From: a virus
Lineage: Duplodnaviria > Caudoviricetes
Reading direction: 5' to 3' (one strand)
IMG/VR virus record: IMGVR_UViG_3300042013_000067
Coordinates: 64,001-128,000 of that record
Length of the DNA: 64,000 nucleotides
The number at the start of each line of letters is the position of its first letter. Within the stretch, counting starts at the first letter, position 1. The notes beneath the pieces were generated by a model. That model saw only the letters and a program-made list of their open reading frames with translations. It was not told the origin of the DNA and searched no databases. The position numbers and the translations under genes were made by a program. Of the stretch, positions 1 to 9,688 are shown piece by piece.

Positions 1-1
1 C

Positions 2-190
2 TTCGAACTGATGGCCGGGACTACTGACCCAGCCCTGATCAAGATGGTCCTGAACTCCGAAGCTGCGGCTGAACTCAAGGGTCCAGATGACTTGGCCATG
101 ACCGAGTACCTGACCAGTCGTCCTGGTTATGCCAAAGAACAATTGCTCATCAGTGAATCTGTTCGCGAACTGATCGCGGACAACGCCTGA
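2..190 (+). CDS. 3' end of a hypothetical protein (partial, runs off window start)
   Basis: Open frame from nt 2 (FELMAGTTDPALIKMVLNSE...ELIADNA*) ending TGA at 188-190, with codon usage like neighbouring genes. Confidence 0.7.
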   Translation, partial: FELMAGTTDPALIKMVLNSEAAAELKGPDDLAMTEYLTSRPGYAKEQLLISESVRELIADNA

Positions 191-200
191 GCCTTTGGTG

Positions 201-512
201 ATGAACTCTGAAACGCTCAGCGAGGGTACCTTGGTGTACCCACGCCTCACCGCGGAGTATTTGAAGTCGCTGATCAGTTTTATCCAGTACGACCACGTGC
301 CTCAAGCACGCACTACTATTTGCACCGTGATGCTGGAGCATGAATTCGCCATTACGGTGTCGGTAGTCTGTCCCAATGCCGATCTGTACGATCAGGCGTC
401 GGGGGAGAAACATGCACTGAATAAAATGCTGGCAGCGATTCGTGAACGTGAGTACTACGTCTTACGTCGCATGCTCCATCAAGAGAAGTTATCCAAAGCC
501 GGGGACGTGTGA
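201..512 (+). CDS. Phage N4 gp49/Sf6 gp66 family protein (divergent; Acb4-like nucleotide-sponge family)
   Basis: PRLTAEYLKSLISFIQY...TTICTVMLEHEFAITVSVVCPNADLYDQASGEKHALNKMLAAIREREYYVL follows the family pattern PRVT..I...I..E.Y / T.C.L.L.NGF.V.G.SAC..P.NFD.EIG..IA...A...IW.LEGY.L. ATG at 201; its stop overlaps the next start (GTGA). Confidence 0.6.
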   Translation: MNSETLSEGTLVYPRLTAEYLKSLISFIQYDHVPQARTTICTVMLEHEFAITVSVVCPNADLYDQASGEKHALNKMLAAIREREYYVLRRMLHQEKLSKAGDV

Positions 513-1735
513 TGGAAGAAGATATCAAGGGTATCGATGAGCTGGAGAAGGCTCTCGAAGAACAGGTCACGGGCGAGATCCCAGAGCCTGAAGTAGATGC
601 ATTGAAGATGGCATCCGACAGTCTCACCGACTTGGTGCAGATCAAGGACACCATTTTGGCTGAAGGCGTGTCTCAAGAAGACGTGCGTTCGGTGTTCACC
701 ATTATCAAACGTTTGAACGATGCTGGTATCGAAGTGGGTGTTTCGCCTTCGCTCGAAGATCACGACATCGGTCACTACACAGCCAGTCGTACGATGGTTA
801 ACGTGCGTATCTCCCAAGAAGGTATTGGCGAGACTATCCTCAGTGTAATTCGCATCGCGCTGGAGAAGCTGGTTGAATTCGTGATTGGTACTGTTCGCTG
901 GTTCAAACTGTTGTCGGCCAAAGACAAAGCTATCGATGCTGCGTTCGATCGGGCTAAGTCCAAGGCTAAAGACGTACAGGTAGGTATCGCACTGTTCCGT
1001 CGCTACAGCACGGCGGACAACAGTAAGATCGAGGCCGACGCCAAGGACTACGCCAAAGAACTGCTGGTTAACGGTACGTTGCCACGCAACTACCTGACAC
1101 TGGCGGCAATGTTCCACCAACCTTCTGTGGATGAGATCAAGACCATCCATAAGAAGGTTGAACGCGCGTGCATCTACCTGCGTTCTTCGGTCAAGAGTCT
1201 GAAGATCTTCTTGAGCAATCCGACCACCGATCTTAACATCGATGTGACGATGATGGAAGACTTGGCCACGGTACGTGACCAGGTTGGCCTGATGCAACAG
1301 GTTGACCCAGACACCGCGTTCATCAGCATGTTCATCAAACCAGACGTATTCGCTGACAGTACCGTGCGTCGTGAAGCCGAACCTTTGGCTAAATACGAGT
1401 ACATTCTGAAAGCGTACTTCAGTGTGGCCGATGAGCTGCGTTCGATCCGCAAGATCAATCTGGATCAATACGACGAAGAAGGGGTTCGCTTCATTACTGA
1501 AGTGATCGCTGAACTCACCAAAGCGTTTGAAGACCTCGGCACCATCGTGAGCTTCTTCGCTGCGGTTAAAGCAGCCCAGATGTTGGTCTTCAGAGTCCAA
1601 CTCCAGTTCCTGAACCGTTACGCTTCGTTGCTCTACCTGCATGCTCGTGATTCTGCGGTGCATGAAGGTACACGTCTGAAAGTGGAAGGTGTATTCTCCG
1701 ACCTGGAAAAGAAACTTAAGACGTACGGCTTGTAA
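509..1735 (+). CDS. Inner-head/ejection protein with acidic propeptide (phiKZ gp86-like position)
   Basis: 408 aa. Acidic N-terminus with VSQE, PSLE and ISQE motifs, followed by the amphipathic I..I...LEKLVEFVIGTVRWFK helix typical of phiKZ-like head proteins. Confidence 0.75.
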   Translation: MMEEDIKGIDELEKALEEQVTGEIPEPEVDALKMASDSLTDLVQIKDTILAEGVSQEDVRSVFTIIKRLNDAGIEVGVSPSLEDHDIGHYTASRTMVNVRISQEGIGETILSVIRIALEKLVEFVIGTVRWFKLLSAKDKAIDAAFDRAKSKAKDVQVGIALFRRYSTADNSKIEADAKDYAKELLVNGTLPRNYLTLAAMFHQPSVDEIKTIHKKVERACIYLRSSVKSLKIFLSNPTTDLNIDVTMMEDLATVRDQVGLMQQVDPDTAFISMFIKPDVFADSTVRREAEPLAKYEYILKAYFSVADELRSIRKINLDQYDEEGVRFITEVIAELTKAFEDLGTIVSFFAAVKAAQMLVFRVQLQFLNRYASLLYLHARDSAVHEGTRLKVEGVFSDLEKKLKTYGL

Positions 1736-1736
1736 G

Positions 1737-1777
1737 GCGACATAGAGCCCTCCCTTGACGGGGAGGGCCTTATGCCG
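1737..1777. terminator. Conserved palindromic hairpin at a convergent junction (bidirectional terminator candidate)
   Basis: GCGACATAGAGCCCTCCC-TTGAC-GGGAGGGCCTTATGCCG between convergent genes. Confidence 0.8.
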
Positions 1778-1778
1778 T

Positions 1779-4667
1779 TTAGTGACGCAGGAAGTTAATG
1801 GTCAAGTCATCCTCGATCATCAACTCATCGTTAGAAAGTACGGTTGGTTTCTTACGCAGTGACAGACGAACCGAGTCATCCTGTACTGTCAGGATGCTGA
1901 AGTCCGCCGTACCACCCAAACCAGAGATCTCTACACCACTGACGTCGTCACCCGCAGCCAGTTTCAGCGCAGCGATAATGTCAGAGCGAACCACGAGGGT
2001 TTGACTGAGCATGTTGGTGATGATCTGCTTGGTCATTTCGATCAAGGCAGGACGCAGTGAGGTGTTGCGGTAGCTCGCGGCATCCATGTAGTAGACGACA
2101 TTGAGACCTTGGTCCAGTGAGATATCCGCCAACAGACCATCGCGTACCGTCGCGGTGGTGTTACCGAATGTAGTGATTGGGTAGAAGAAGATCTCGGATT
2201 CATCCAGCAGTTGCTTACGGATGTTTGCGATGTCGCCTTGCACCCACTCCACTACCTGCATCGGGATTTCATCTCGATACTCAACCGAAGCGGCCTCAGT
2301 AGCGAAGTAGTACATGCCATCCACGAGGAACAGCGTGAACTCACGGTGAATCTTGCGTGGCGCCAGTAGCACAGGTTGACCATTAGCGTCCAGCACAGTG
2401 TCGCCTTTGACATACTGCATCGTAGGCAATCCGGTGATCTCGTCCAACACTGGATCACCCACGTGATGAAGAATGTTGTACTCGATACCACCCTGACCGT
2501 CGGATTGGATAATCCGGTGACCGTCACCGTCTCGTTCGAAGATGGTTTCAGTCCAGTAGGCTGGGATATCCACGGTGTAGTGCTGGTACGACTCTTGACT
2601 CAACACTGTACGGTTACGTCGCCACAGATCGGTGAGTTCATAACCCAAGCGCACCGTCAGGCACTCACGCATCACGGTCATGAAGGTGTGCGACAGCAAG
2701 TGCTCTTGGACCATGGCATCGATATCGTTACCGACATAGCCGGGCGATTCAATACCGTTCACGATGATCGTGAAGTCAAGGTCGTGTTCCATGCCCAAAG
2801 CGAAGTGAGTCTGAGCCAAATCAAACATTGACAAGTTCGTGGTGTAAAGGCTGTTAGCCGAGTCCACGTCATAGTTCGTTTTGATCTCAAATTCAAAGAC
2901 CCGCTCGTTGTCTTGGATACCGACCATCGTACCGTTGACACTGGCATAGTTGTTTTCACCAATAGGCTTGTAGCCCATCTGTACCACAACCAGTTCGTCA
3001 CCCAATTGCTTGAACTGAGTATCGGTCTTCAGTTTGACTTGGATACGGAAACCAGCATCGGTCTTTTCAATCGAGTAGGTATCGATCGAGGCTTGCAGTT
3101 GACTGCTGTCGTTGTCATCCACGTACGTCTTACGCACTACCTTGGGTGCACCGAAGTAATACGGTCGCACATCGAAGTTAGCACTGGACGCATCCAGCAC
3201 ATAGTGGAATGGCGTATAGAGGTAGTTACCCTCTAGAATCATCCGTGCCACTGCTTCAGGACTGGCTTGACGCAACGCCGCAATACGACCGTCGTCCACC
3301 ACTGTCACCACACCACCTGTGTAATCAAACAGGATCGTGGGCAACAGGGTAATACGATCACCGTTGTCCGCTACGTGAGCACTGAGGGCCAGTTGCTCCA
3401 TAGAGAACTGCGTCTGGGCCATCATCGTACCCACTCCGGATGCGACCGAGTTGTTGGACGGTGGTGGTAGTCGCCGGCTCGCCAAGAACTGACGATGGGT
3501 TACGTTGTTGACGTTGGAGACGAGGTTGTAACCTTTACGTTCCAGGTAGTAGTTGAGCTGCACATCGGTGATCGGGAACGGAGCACCGTCAATCACACCA
3601 TCAATCACGGCATCACGCAGGACCTCAAAACTGGTCGCGTTGCTACCGCCACGAACGCGGTTAGGGCTGAGCACAGCAAACTCACCAATGTGGTTCAACG
3701 GGTCGGTGTATGTCTTGTCATCGTCGATGGAGTTAAAGTCAACGTCGAAAGACTCACGCTGATAACTACCCAAGTCCAGATCGATTACACCCTTGGTATT
3801 GAATACATCGATTCGCAACTCACCCACCGCCGTACGGTTGGTGGTATAGACCAATGGGAATTCAGCATGCACTTTACCGTTCAGTACCTTAAGCACTAAG
3901 GTCAGCTTAGTGGGGTCAAAGTTCTGATCGCTGTGCGTAGTTCTGATCTCGGTCCAACCACCACTGCCATCGGAGATATAAGCCCGAACATGGAAGAACT
4001 GATCTGGGAAAGTGAAGGTCGCCTCAAACGGCTCACTCGGGTTCAGCGTCTCGGTGTACGAATTCATCTGGAACTGGTAGATCGGGATCTGCAAGAACAG
4101 ATACCATTGACGATCGATCAGCAGTTCTCTCGTGGTAACGATGTTCGAATCCAGTGTCTGGATCGGCGACAGTGTGTCCATGTCGTAAACCACTTGCAAA
4201 CCGCCGTGACGCATTTGGCGGATGATAATGGCGTACTGCATGGTAAAGGTGTGGCCTGCCACCGTGATGGTGGTGTTGCGGGGGATCACCAGCTTCTTAA
4301 TGCCGTCAATCCCCTCATCGACCATGCGCGAGATGATCTCGGCTTTGTTGAAATAGAATTCAAACGTGGTACCGGCTGGGTTGGCGAAACGATTGAGGTA
4401 ATCGTCATCGCTCATGTGTAGGTAAAGGTCTTCAGCGGTGATCACGTTATTGCGATACAGACGGCGCACCAACGAAATACCTTCGGCCATCGCCATTGCC
4501 GCACACAGGGTGCCGTTCTCGATGGCATACACGAAAGGGTGAGAACCGTCCGGGATCTCGAAGCTACCGTTCCCGTTAACTTGACGTTCGAGCTCGTCCA
4601 TCGCCAGCTGAATCATCAGGTTCGGATTAGTCCGGACCGCTTCAAGGTTATCTTTATATTCGCTCAT
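1779..4667 (-). CDS. Baseplate wedge-like virion protein (T4 gp6/gpJ-like; phiKZ gp87 position)
   Basis: 962 aa, beta-rich. Contains GGSNATSFEVLRDAVI...PIT, resembling the GG..E....LR motif of baseplate J/gp6 proteins. Size and synteny match the phiKZ structural block. Confidence 0.65.
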   Translation of the reverse strand: MSEYKDNLEAVRTNPNLMIQLAMDELERQVNGNGSFEIPDGSHPFVYAIENGTLCAAMAMAEGISLVRRLYRNNVITAEDLYLHMSDDDYLNRFANPAGTTFEFYFNKAEIISRMVDEGIDGIKKLVIPRNTTITVAGHTFTMQYAIIIRQMRHGGLQVVYDMDTLSPIQTLDSNIVTTRELLIDRQWYLFLQIPIYQFQMNSYTETLNPSEPFEATFTFPDQFFHVRAYISDGSGGWTEIRTTHSDQNFDPTKLTLVLKVLNGKVHAEFPLVYTTNRTAVGELRIDVFNTKGVIDLDLGSYQRESFDVDFNSIDDDKTYTDPLNHIGEFAVLSPNRVRGGSNATSFEVLRDAVIDGVIDGAPFPITDVQLNYYLERKGYNLVSNVNNVTHRQFLASRRLPPPSNNSVASGVGTMMAQTQFSMEQLALSAHVADNGDRITLLPTILFDYTGGVVTVVDDGRIAALRQASPEAVARMILEGNYLYTPFHYVLDASSANFDVRPYYFGAPKVVRKTYVDDNDSSQLQASIDTYSIEKTDAGFRIQVKLKTDTQFKQLGDELVVVQMGYKPIGENNYASVNGTMVGIQDNERVFEFEIKTNYDVDSANSLYTTNLSMFDLAQTHFALGMEHDLDFTIIVNGIESPGYVGNDIDAMVQEHLLSHTFMTVMRECLTVRLGYELTDLWRRNRTVLSQESYQHYTVDIPAYWTETIFERDGDGHRIIQSDGQGGIEYNILHHVGDPVLDEITGLPTMQYVKGDTVLDANGQPVLLAPRKIHREFTLFLVDGMYYFATEAASVEYRDEIPMQVVEWVQGDIANIRKQLLDESEIFFYPITTFGNTTATVRDGLLADISLDQGLNVVYYMDAASYRNTSLRPALIEMTKQIITNMLSQTLVVRSDIIAALKLAAGDDVSGVEISGLGGTADFSILTVQDDSVRLSLRKKPTVLSNDELMIEDDLTINFLRH

Positions 4668-4676
4668 CGTACACCT

Positions 4677-5732
4677 TTATTGCTGGGGTGTTGCTGTGGT
4701 TGGGAGGTCGACGCGGAGTATGCCGCCCTTCTGGGCTTCATATACGTTCTTGAATACCCACCATTCCAGTTCCATGGTGGCCGGTTCGATCCGTGGGTAT
4801 GCCCCTTTGTGGTTGAAGTATTCACGCTCGTAAGGTTTCAACTTCACCATCGAACCCGCGCGCTTATCGTCACGCATCGCAGGGTTGAACTCTTCCTGTA
4901 GTTCGTTGAACTCGTAGATCAGAATGTGGTCGTAGTAAGTAAATCCTACGGCCTTAAAGACGAAGGTGATGTTGTCACCAATGCCGGGAAATGGACTGTT
5001 GTTACCCGAGTCATCAAAGTCAGCATGTTGTGCCAGACCTGCGGTGATCGGATACGAAGCACCACATGCAAACAAACGAGTGACGTATGTTTTAGTGACG
5101 TCGGTTACAATCCGATAAATCCGTGTGTTGTAGTCGATGACGTTATAAAGGACGTTATCGGGATAAGGCATGATACGCCCTTCACGGGCCAAGCCTTGGT
5201 ACCGCTCCCACAGAAGCAGCATGAATGTTATAGGGTCGCCGATAATGTTGCGGAACGTGCACTGCAGATCGAAGCTGCCGTACATATACGGCACGTCATC
5301 CACGTACGTGTAGACCTCACGGTACAGACCTGGATCCGATGTAAACGTACCGAGGGTGAAGTCTTCCCATCCCGAGATTGAAACCAGATTGTTCCCCAAC
5401 AGGGGAATAAAAGGATTCAATGGATCCACGTTTTCACAAGTCAAACCTGCACGATGTGCTTCGGGATCCATGTAGGAACGCAGTGCACGCTGGATGCCGC
5501 TAGGGGCCTCCATCAGCAGGTTCGACATAGGCCGGTCGATCTGTAAGTTATCGTATGACAAATTCAAATCGGGTTTCGTGAAGAATGTGAAGCCGTGGTT
5601 CTCTGTGTTTAGCAGGTTCGGAGCAAACCGGCCCACCATGTTGTTCCCATACAGGGTATCGGACAGAACCCGATCTGCTGGAGAAAAACCACTATTCTGT
5701 GTGATCTGATTTAGATAGTTCTCATATGACAT
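4677..5732 (-). CDS. Tail-tube/baseplate-hub-like virion structural protein (phiKZ gp88 position)
   Basis: Probable start MSYENY at 5732. HGFTFFTKPDLNL...LLGNNLVSISGWED...GAYPRI matches a conserved phiKZ-family structural protein, divergent from the head-protein operon. Confidence 0.6.
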   Translation of the reverse strand: MSYENYLNQITQNSGFSPADRVLSDTLYGNNMVGRFAPNLLNTENHGFTFFTKPDLNLSYDNLQIDRPMSNLLMEAPSGIQRALRSYMDPEAHRAGLTCENVDPLNPFIPLLGNNLVSISGWEDFTLGTFTSDPGLYREVYTYVDDVPYMYGSFDLQCTFRNIIGDPITFMLLLWERYQGLAREGRIMPYPDNVLYNVIDYNTRIYRIVTDVTKTYVTRLFACGASYPITAGLAQHADFDDSGNNSPFPGIGDNITFVFKAVGFTYYDHILIYEFNELQEEFNPAMRDDKRAGSMVKLKPYEREYFNHKGAYPRIEPATMELEWWVFKNVYEAQKGGILRVDLPTTATPQQ

Positions 5733-5765
5733 GCCGAACACCACTTGTGTAAAAGGAATATAGCC

Positions 5766-6914
5766 ATGCCGCTACCTGCCGCAGCCATCCCGCTCGCAAT
5801 GTCGGTCGCCAAGACGACTGGCGCGACCATTGCCGCAAACGCGGCTTCTAATGCCATCGGCGCTATCGTGCAGGCTGCACGTAACGGCACCGATATCAGT
5901 TCGCTGGCGGACTTGTCTCGCCCAGCGCGTGTTGAACCGTTGGTGCTGGTTGAACAAACCCTGCAAAACCAACCGTTCATGGAAAACGTAATGAAGTTCG
6001 GTCTGACCAACTTCGCTGCATACTACATGCAAGCGTTCAACATGTTGATGAACGTAGGTCGCATCGAGACCCTCAAGGTATTCGATAGCCTGAACCCTAA
6101 CCGTAACTTCGGTATGGGCCAAGGTGCACTGTTGCAAGGCACCGTACTTTCCCAAGAAGAATTCGACCTCGGCTTGCCGTCGCTCGAAGCTTATGACCGG
6201 CCCATCGAACCTGGCTTGATTGCCTCGCTCGAATCCGCCGATGAAGTCAGCGGTAATGCCAAGATCGAGAAGCTCTACGAAGTAGAAAGCCTCTCCGTCG
6301 GCAAGCTGGTTAACGTCGAGCTCAAGGACGGCGACCAGATCTCGAAGATCCCTGTGTTGATTCGTTTGCAGGCCACCACGGTCAAGACCGATATCATGAC
6401 ACATATCTTTACCGCTGGCGGTCGCGACAGCTACGGTGAACGTTTCCAACTGGCCCGTGCTGGCTTGATCCGTCCGATCCGCGACCTGATCTTCGGCATC
6501 GATCTGATCGATGAGCACCGTCGCGCTCTGATGAACGACACCAGCGGTGCCTACAAGGCCATCACTGACCGTCGCCGTAACAACGTCAAGAAAGCGGCTA
6601 TGTCCGGCGTGGTCTCTGCGGCCGATGCTTCGAACATCGCTATCATCACCAAAGAAACCGCCAAGGCCATCGGTCAGAAGCTCTACGGCAAACTGGACAA
6701 CCAAGCGGTCCGTAACCGTATCTTCGACAACAGCTACCTGTTGCTGCTGATCGTTGTTGATGAGCGCTACGAACAAATCACCGTCTACCACCGTGGTCTC
6801 GACATTCCAGGCGAACACTCCTTCAAAGAGATCGCTGCTGCCGAGAAAGGTCGTGGTCAGGACATCACCGAGGTGTACAAGATGATCTTGGGCGCCATGG
6901 GTTCGAACGTCTAA
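5766..6914 (+). CDS. Inner-body head protein (phiKZ gp89-like)
   Basis: ATG at 5766 after AAGGA. ARVEPLVLVE, LSQEE/PSLE/ASLE protease-type sites, SLSVGKLVNVE. About 382 aa. Confidence 0.75.
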   Translation: MPLPAAAIPLAMSVAKTTGATIAANAASNAIGAIVQAARNGTDISSLADLSRPARVEPLVLVEQTLQNQPFMENVMKFGLTNFAAYYMQAFNMLMNVGRIETLKVFDSLNPNRNFGMGQGALLQGTVLSQEEFDLGLPSLEAYDRPIEPGLIASLESADEVSGNAKIEKLYEVESLSVGKLVNVELKDGDQISKIPVLIRLQATTVKTDIMTHIFTAGGRDSYGERFQLARAGLIRPIRDLIFGIDLIDEHRRALMNDTSGAYKAITDRRRNNVKKAAMSGVVSAADASNIAIITKETAKAIGQKLYGKLDNQAVRNRIFDNSYLLLLIVVDERYEQITVYHRGLDIPGEHSFKEIAAAEKGRGQDITEVYKMILGAMGSNV

Positions 6915-6929
6915 AAGGGCTGAAGCATA

Positions 6930-7835
6930 ATGAATGCGATTATCGATTACATCAAAAAACTCATGCCGCTCTGCGAGCGTCGTGAGATGCTCATGGCCCT
7001 CAAAGGCCTGCGTGACGAACACAACGATACGCTGATGCCTGTCATCGCCGAGATCCGTGATCAGCTGACCGACCATCAGTTCACGTCCAAGTTGTATAAG
7101 GACTACGAGATTCGTCTGCGTCGTCACATCAACTTCAATCAGCCGCCAATCACGCTGCTGCTGCGTTCGATCGAAAACCTCCAAGCTCTGTTTCCGTTCA
7201 TCGAGAAAGAGATCAACGAGAACTTCGGTCCACAGGTCGCTACCGCCAGCATGACCTACGACAGCGTTAACGTGCTGCGTTTCCTCGACTCGGTGGCTTT
7301 CTACATTCGCTACGCGCGCAAGTTCTTGCTGCGTGTGGTGGCTGAAGAAGCAGCCGCGGTCGGTGGTACCCGTCAAGACCTCGTTCGTGGTGAGCTGGAA
7401 TACCTCGATGAGAACCTAGACAACTTCTGCGGTCTGTTCCCAGCGATGATCAAATCCGAAGGCGAACTGCGGCAGGTGTTCCGTAAGGTCTCCACTGCAG
7501 TCGTCGACGAAGCCACCAGCGATCTGGCGTTCAAGTCCCTCGGTAACGAGAAGATCGACCCACTGAAACTGGCTAACTTCTCCCCACAGAGAAACTGGCT
7601 GATGTCGATGGGTAAAATGTACGCCGAATGGCAGGTTGCCCGTTACCGTTCTGGTAAGGAAGACTTGGCCGCGCTGCAAATGCGCCTGCAAGAAATGCGT
7701 GAACTGGTTGCCGGTGGTAAAGCCAGCCCAGCCGTTCAGGTTGCAGTGAAGCGTCTCGAAGATCGGATCAGTAAGCTTGATGCTAAACTGGCCAAGGTCG
7801 AAGAAGATGCACAAGACGGGAGTGTCGCCGCATGA
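6930..7835 (+). CDS. Inner-body head protein (phiKZ gp90-like)
   Basis: 301 aa, helical, with C-terminal coiled coil (LQMRLQEMRE...KRLEDRISKLDAKL). Size and synteny fit. Confidence 0.7.
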   Translation: MNAIIDYIKKLMPLCERREMLMALKGLRDEHNDTLMPVIAEIRDQLTDHQFTSKLYKDYEIRLRRHINFNQPPITLLLRSIENLQALFPFIEKEINENFGPQVATASMTYDSVNVLRFLDSVAFYIRYARKFLLRVVAEEAAAVGGTRQDLVRGELEYLDENLDNFCGLFPAMIKSEGELRQVFRKVSTAVVDEATSDLAFKSLGNEKIDPLKLANFSPQRNWLMSMGKMYAEWQVARYRSGKEDLAALQMRLQEMRELVAGGKASPAVQVAVKRLEDRISKLDAKLAKVEEDAQDGSVAA

Positions 7836-8362
7836 TCATGCCCAACGCAGTCAAAGAACATCGCGCTAACCCAGGTTATCACGGTGGTCCAGCTGACTCG
7901 TTGCCGCTTGTGGCGTTCCGCGATGGGCAGCCCGATGTGGTTGCCCTGATGCGGGAGTTCATCGCCCCTGGTGCACCGACAGCGACCTGGGAGTTCCGTC
8001 GTAAGGTGATCAAGTTAGCTGTAACCCTGTTTACGGGCCGCAGCAACTGGTTCATCAACATCGACTCCGAACCCACCATCCAGCATTACAACTACGAGTT
8101 CATTCTCGACACGGTGCGGTATATCGCCACCGGCCATCGCCGCCTCAGTATTCACAGCTGGCCTGATCTGATCGGTCACAACCAAGATGGCGTCATCGAC
8201 AAAGAGCACGCTGCGGTACGGACCTTGTTTAAAGACTTGGCCTTGTCCAATGACATGCTGTCGCTGATCCAGCGCTGGTGTTCGTACAAGGGTGGGGTGG
8301 AAGATCTCATGTACACCCTCAACATCCTGTTCGGTGACCGCGTCATTCAGGTAACAGAATAA
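7832..8362 (+). CDS. Conserved virion-associated hypothetical protein
   Basis: 176 aa ORF, coupled by ATGA overlap to the upstream gene. Confidence 0.7.
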   Translation: MIMPNAVKEHRANPGYHGGPADSLPLVAFRDGQPDVVALMREFIAPGAPTATWEFRRKVIKLAVTLFTGRSNWFINIDSEPTIQHYNYEFILDTVRYIATGHRRLSIHSWPDLIGHNQDGVIDKEHAAVRTLFKDLALSNDMLSLIQRWCSYKGGVEDLMYTLNILFGDRVIQVTE

Positions 8363-8384
8363 GCGTGGGCAACCACGCTTTTTT
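8361..8384 (+). terminator. Intrinsic terminator
   Basis: AAGCGTGG-GCAA-CCACGCTT followed by a T-run. Confidence 0.8.
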
Positions 8385-8404
8385 GATTTATTAAGGAGCA
8401 GGCC

Positions 8405-9640
8405 ATGCGCCACTTGAAACGTCATCTTGAGCGTGTATCGCTGGAAGATGCAGAAAACAACGAAGCGGACCTGACACCGAAAGATCCGGTGGTCGAGAAC
8501 GTCGATTCTGAACCAGAAGAAATCGAGAACCTAGCAGCTGACCTACTGGTCGAGCCTGAACCTGCTGGTGACAGCGTACGTGCTGAGATCGTCGAAGTTG
8601 AAGACATGTGCGTGGCCGTTGAAGAATTCCAAGCGTTGCTGGGCGCCGCAGTACAGCGCGGCGGCATGCGTGCCGAAGAAGGCATTATCGTCGGTACAGC
8701 ACTGAAGCACTTCAATAAGCGTCTGGGTATCCAGGGTAAAGAGACCTTGGGTCTGGAAGACTTCGGTGGCAATATGTCCCGTCTGAAAGCTACCCAGATT
8801 TCCCAGGAAGCTTTCGCCGACGTAGCCAAGGCCGCTGCTGCCAAGATAAAGGACCTGATCGCAAAGCTCCTGGCCTTCTTGAGAGAGAAGGCCGCCGCGT
8901 TTGATGCACAGGGTCAAAAGGTCAAGGTAATCGTTGGTCAGATCAAGCAACGCGTCAAGACTATCGTGACGGGCGAGATCGAACTCGAATACCAAGGCAA
9001 CTACATCGGCGAGCGAGATATCCTCAACGCCAAAACACTGGCTGGTGCTGCGGTTTGGGCCGAGAGCCTAAACAGCCATATGTCTTCGCACCTGAAGGCT
9101 ACTGCTGACGTGATCAAGAAGCTGGCCCTTAGTCAGGGCACCGCTGAAGACGTCGCTGCTTTCGATAAACAGATCGAAGGCATGTGGGGTTTGAACACCA
9201 ACCCTATCGCCACGGTCATGCGTGTGGCAAAGGCAGTGGGGTATCCACTGACACAGTCGAAGATGGCGATCCTCACCCACAAAGAAGGTTCGAGCGGCAC
9301 TCCTGTTCTCTCGCACAGTTTGGAAGTCAAAGGCGACCAAGCGAAACCGATCAAGATGTCGTTGACCAAAGGGCAGTATATTGCCCTGCTTGATGCCACC
9401 GAAAAGATGAACAATTCGGTGCTGTCGATGTCTGCCGCTTACGCTGCAAACTCCAGCGTAGTCATGGGTATGAGTATCAGTTTCAGAACCCAGGAAGCAC
9501 AGACGGCTGCGGATAAAGTTCTGTCGGGTCTAATCGCCTTGATCGAACAAGACATCTACGGTGTGGTTAAATGCATCGGTGCTGCTCGCGGTGAGCTCGG
9601 CTACATCTGCGCGATCGCTGCCAAGAAGTTCGGTCTCTAA
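8405..9640 (+). CDS. Inner-head protein, paralog family (phiKZ gp93-like family)
   Basis: Starts MRHLKRHLERVSLEDA; acidic propeptide; RGGM..E; GLEDF...ISQEAF; AKIKDLIAKLLAFL helix. Strong SD (AAGGAG). Confidence 0.8.
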   Translation: MRHLKRHLERVSLEDAENNEADLTPKDPVVENVDSEPEEIENLAADLLVEPEPAGDSVRAEIVEVEDMCVAVEEFQALLGAAVQRGGMRAEEGIIVGTALKHFNKRLGIQGKETLGLEDFGGNMSRLKATQISQEAFADVAKAAAAKIKDLIAKLLAFLREKAAAFDAQGQKVKVIVGQIKQRVKTIVTGEIELEYQGNYIGERDILNAKTLAGAAVWAESLNSHMSSHLKATADVIKKLALSQGTAEDVAAFDKQIEGMWGLNTNPIATVMRVAKAVGYPLTQSKMAILTHKEGSSGTPVLSHSLEVKGDQAKPIKMSLTKGQYIALLDATEKMNNSVLSMSAAYAANSSVVMGMSISFRTQEAQTAADKVLSGLIALIEQDIYGVVKCIGAARGELGYICAIAAKKFGL

Positions 9641-9647
9641 ACACAAC

Positions 9648-9677
9648 GCGGCGCTGTCGAAAGACAGCGCTGTTATG
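9648..9677 (+). terminator. Hairpin followed by TATG (terminator and/or late promoter)
   Basis: GCGGCGCTGTC-GAAA-GACAGCGCTGT then TATG upstream of the next gene. Confidence 0.55.
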
Positions 9678-9688
9678 AGGATTTTGAA

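Noticed and set aside
5290-5320. YVDD motif (YTYVDDVPY) suggesting a reverse transcriptase
   Set aside because: No other RT motifs are present. The surrounding sequence matches a conserved phiKZ-like tail structural protein.
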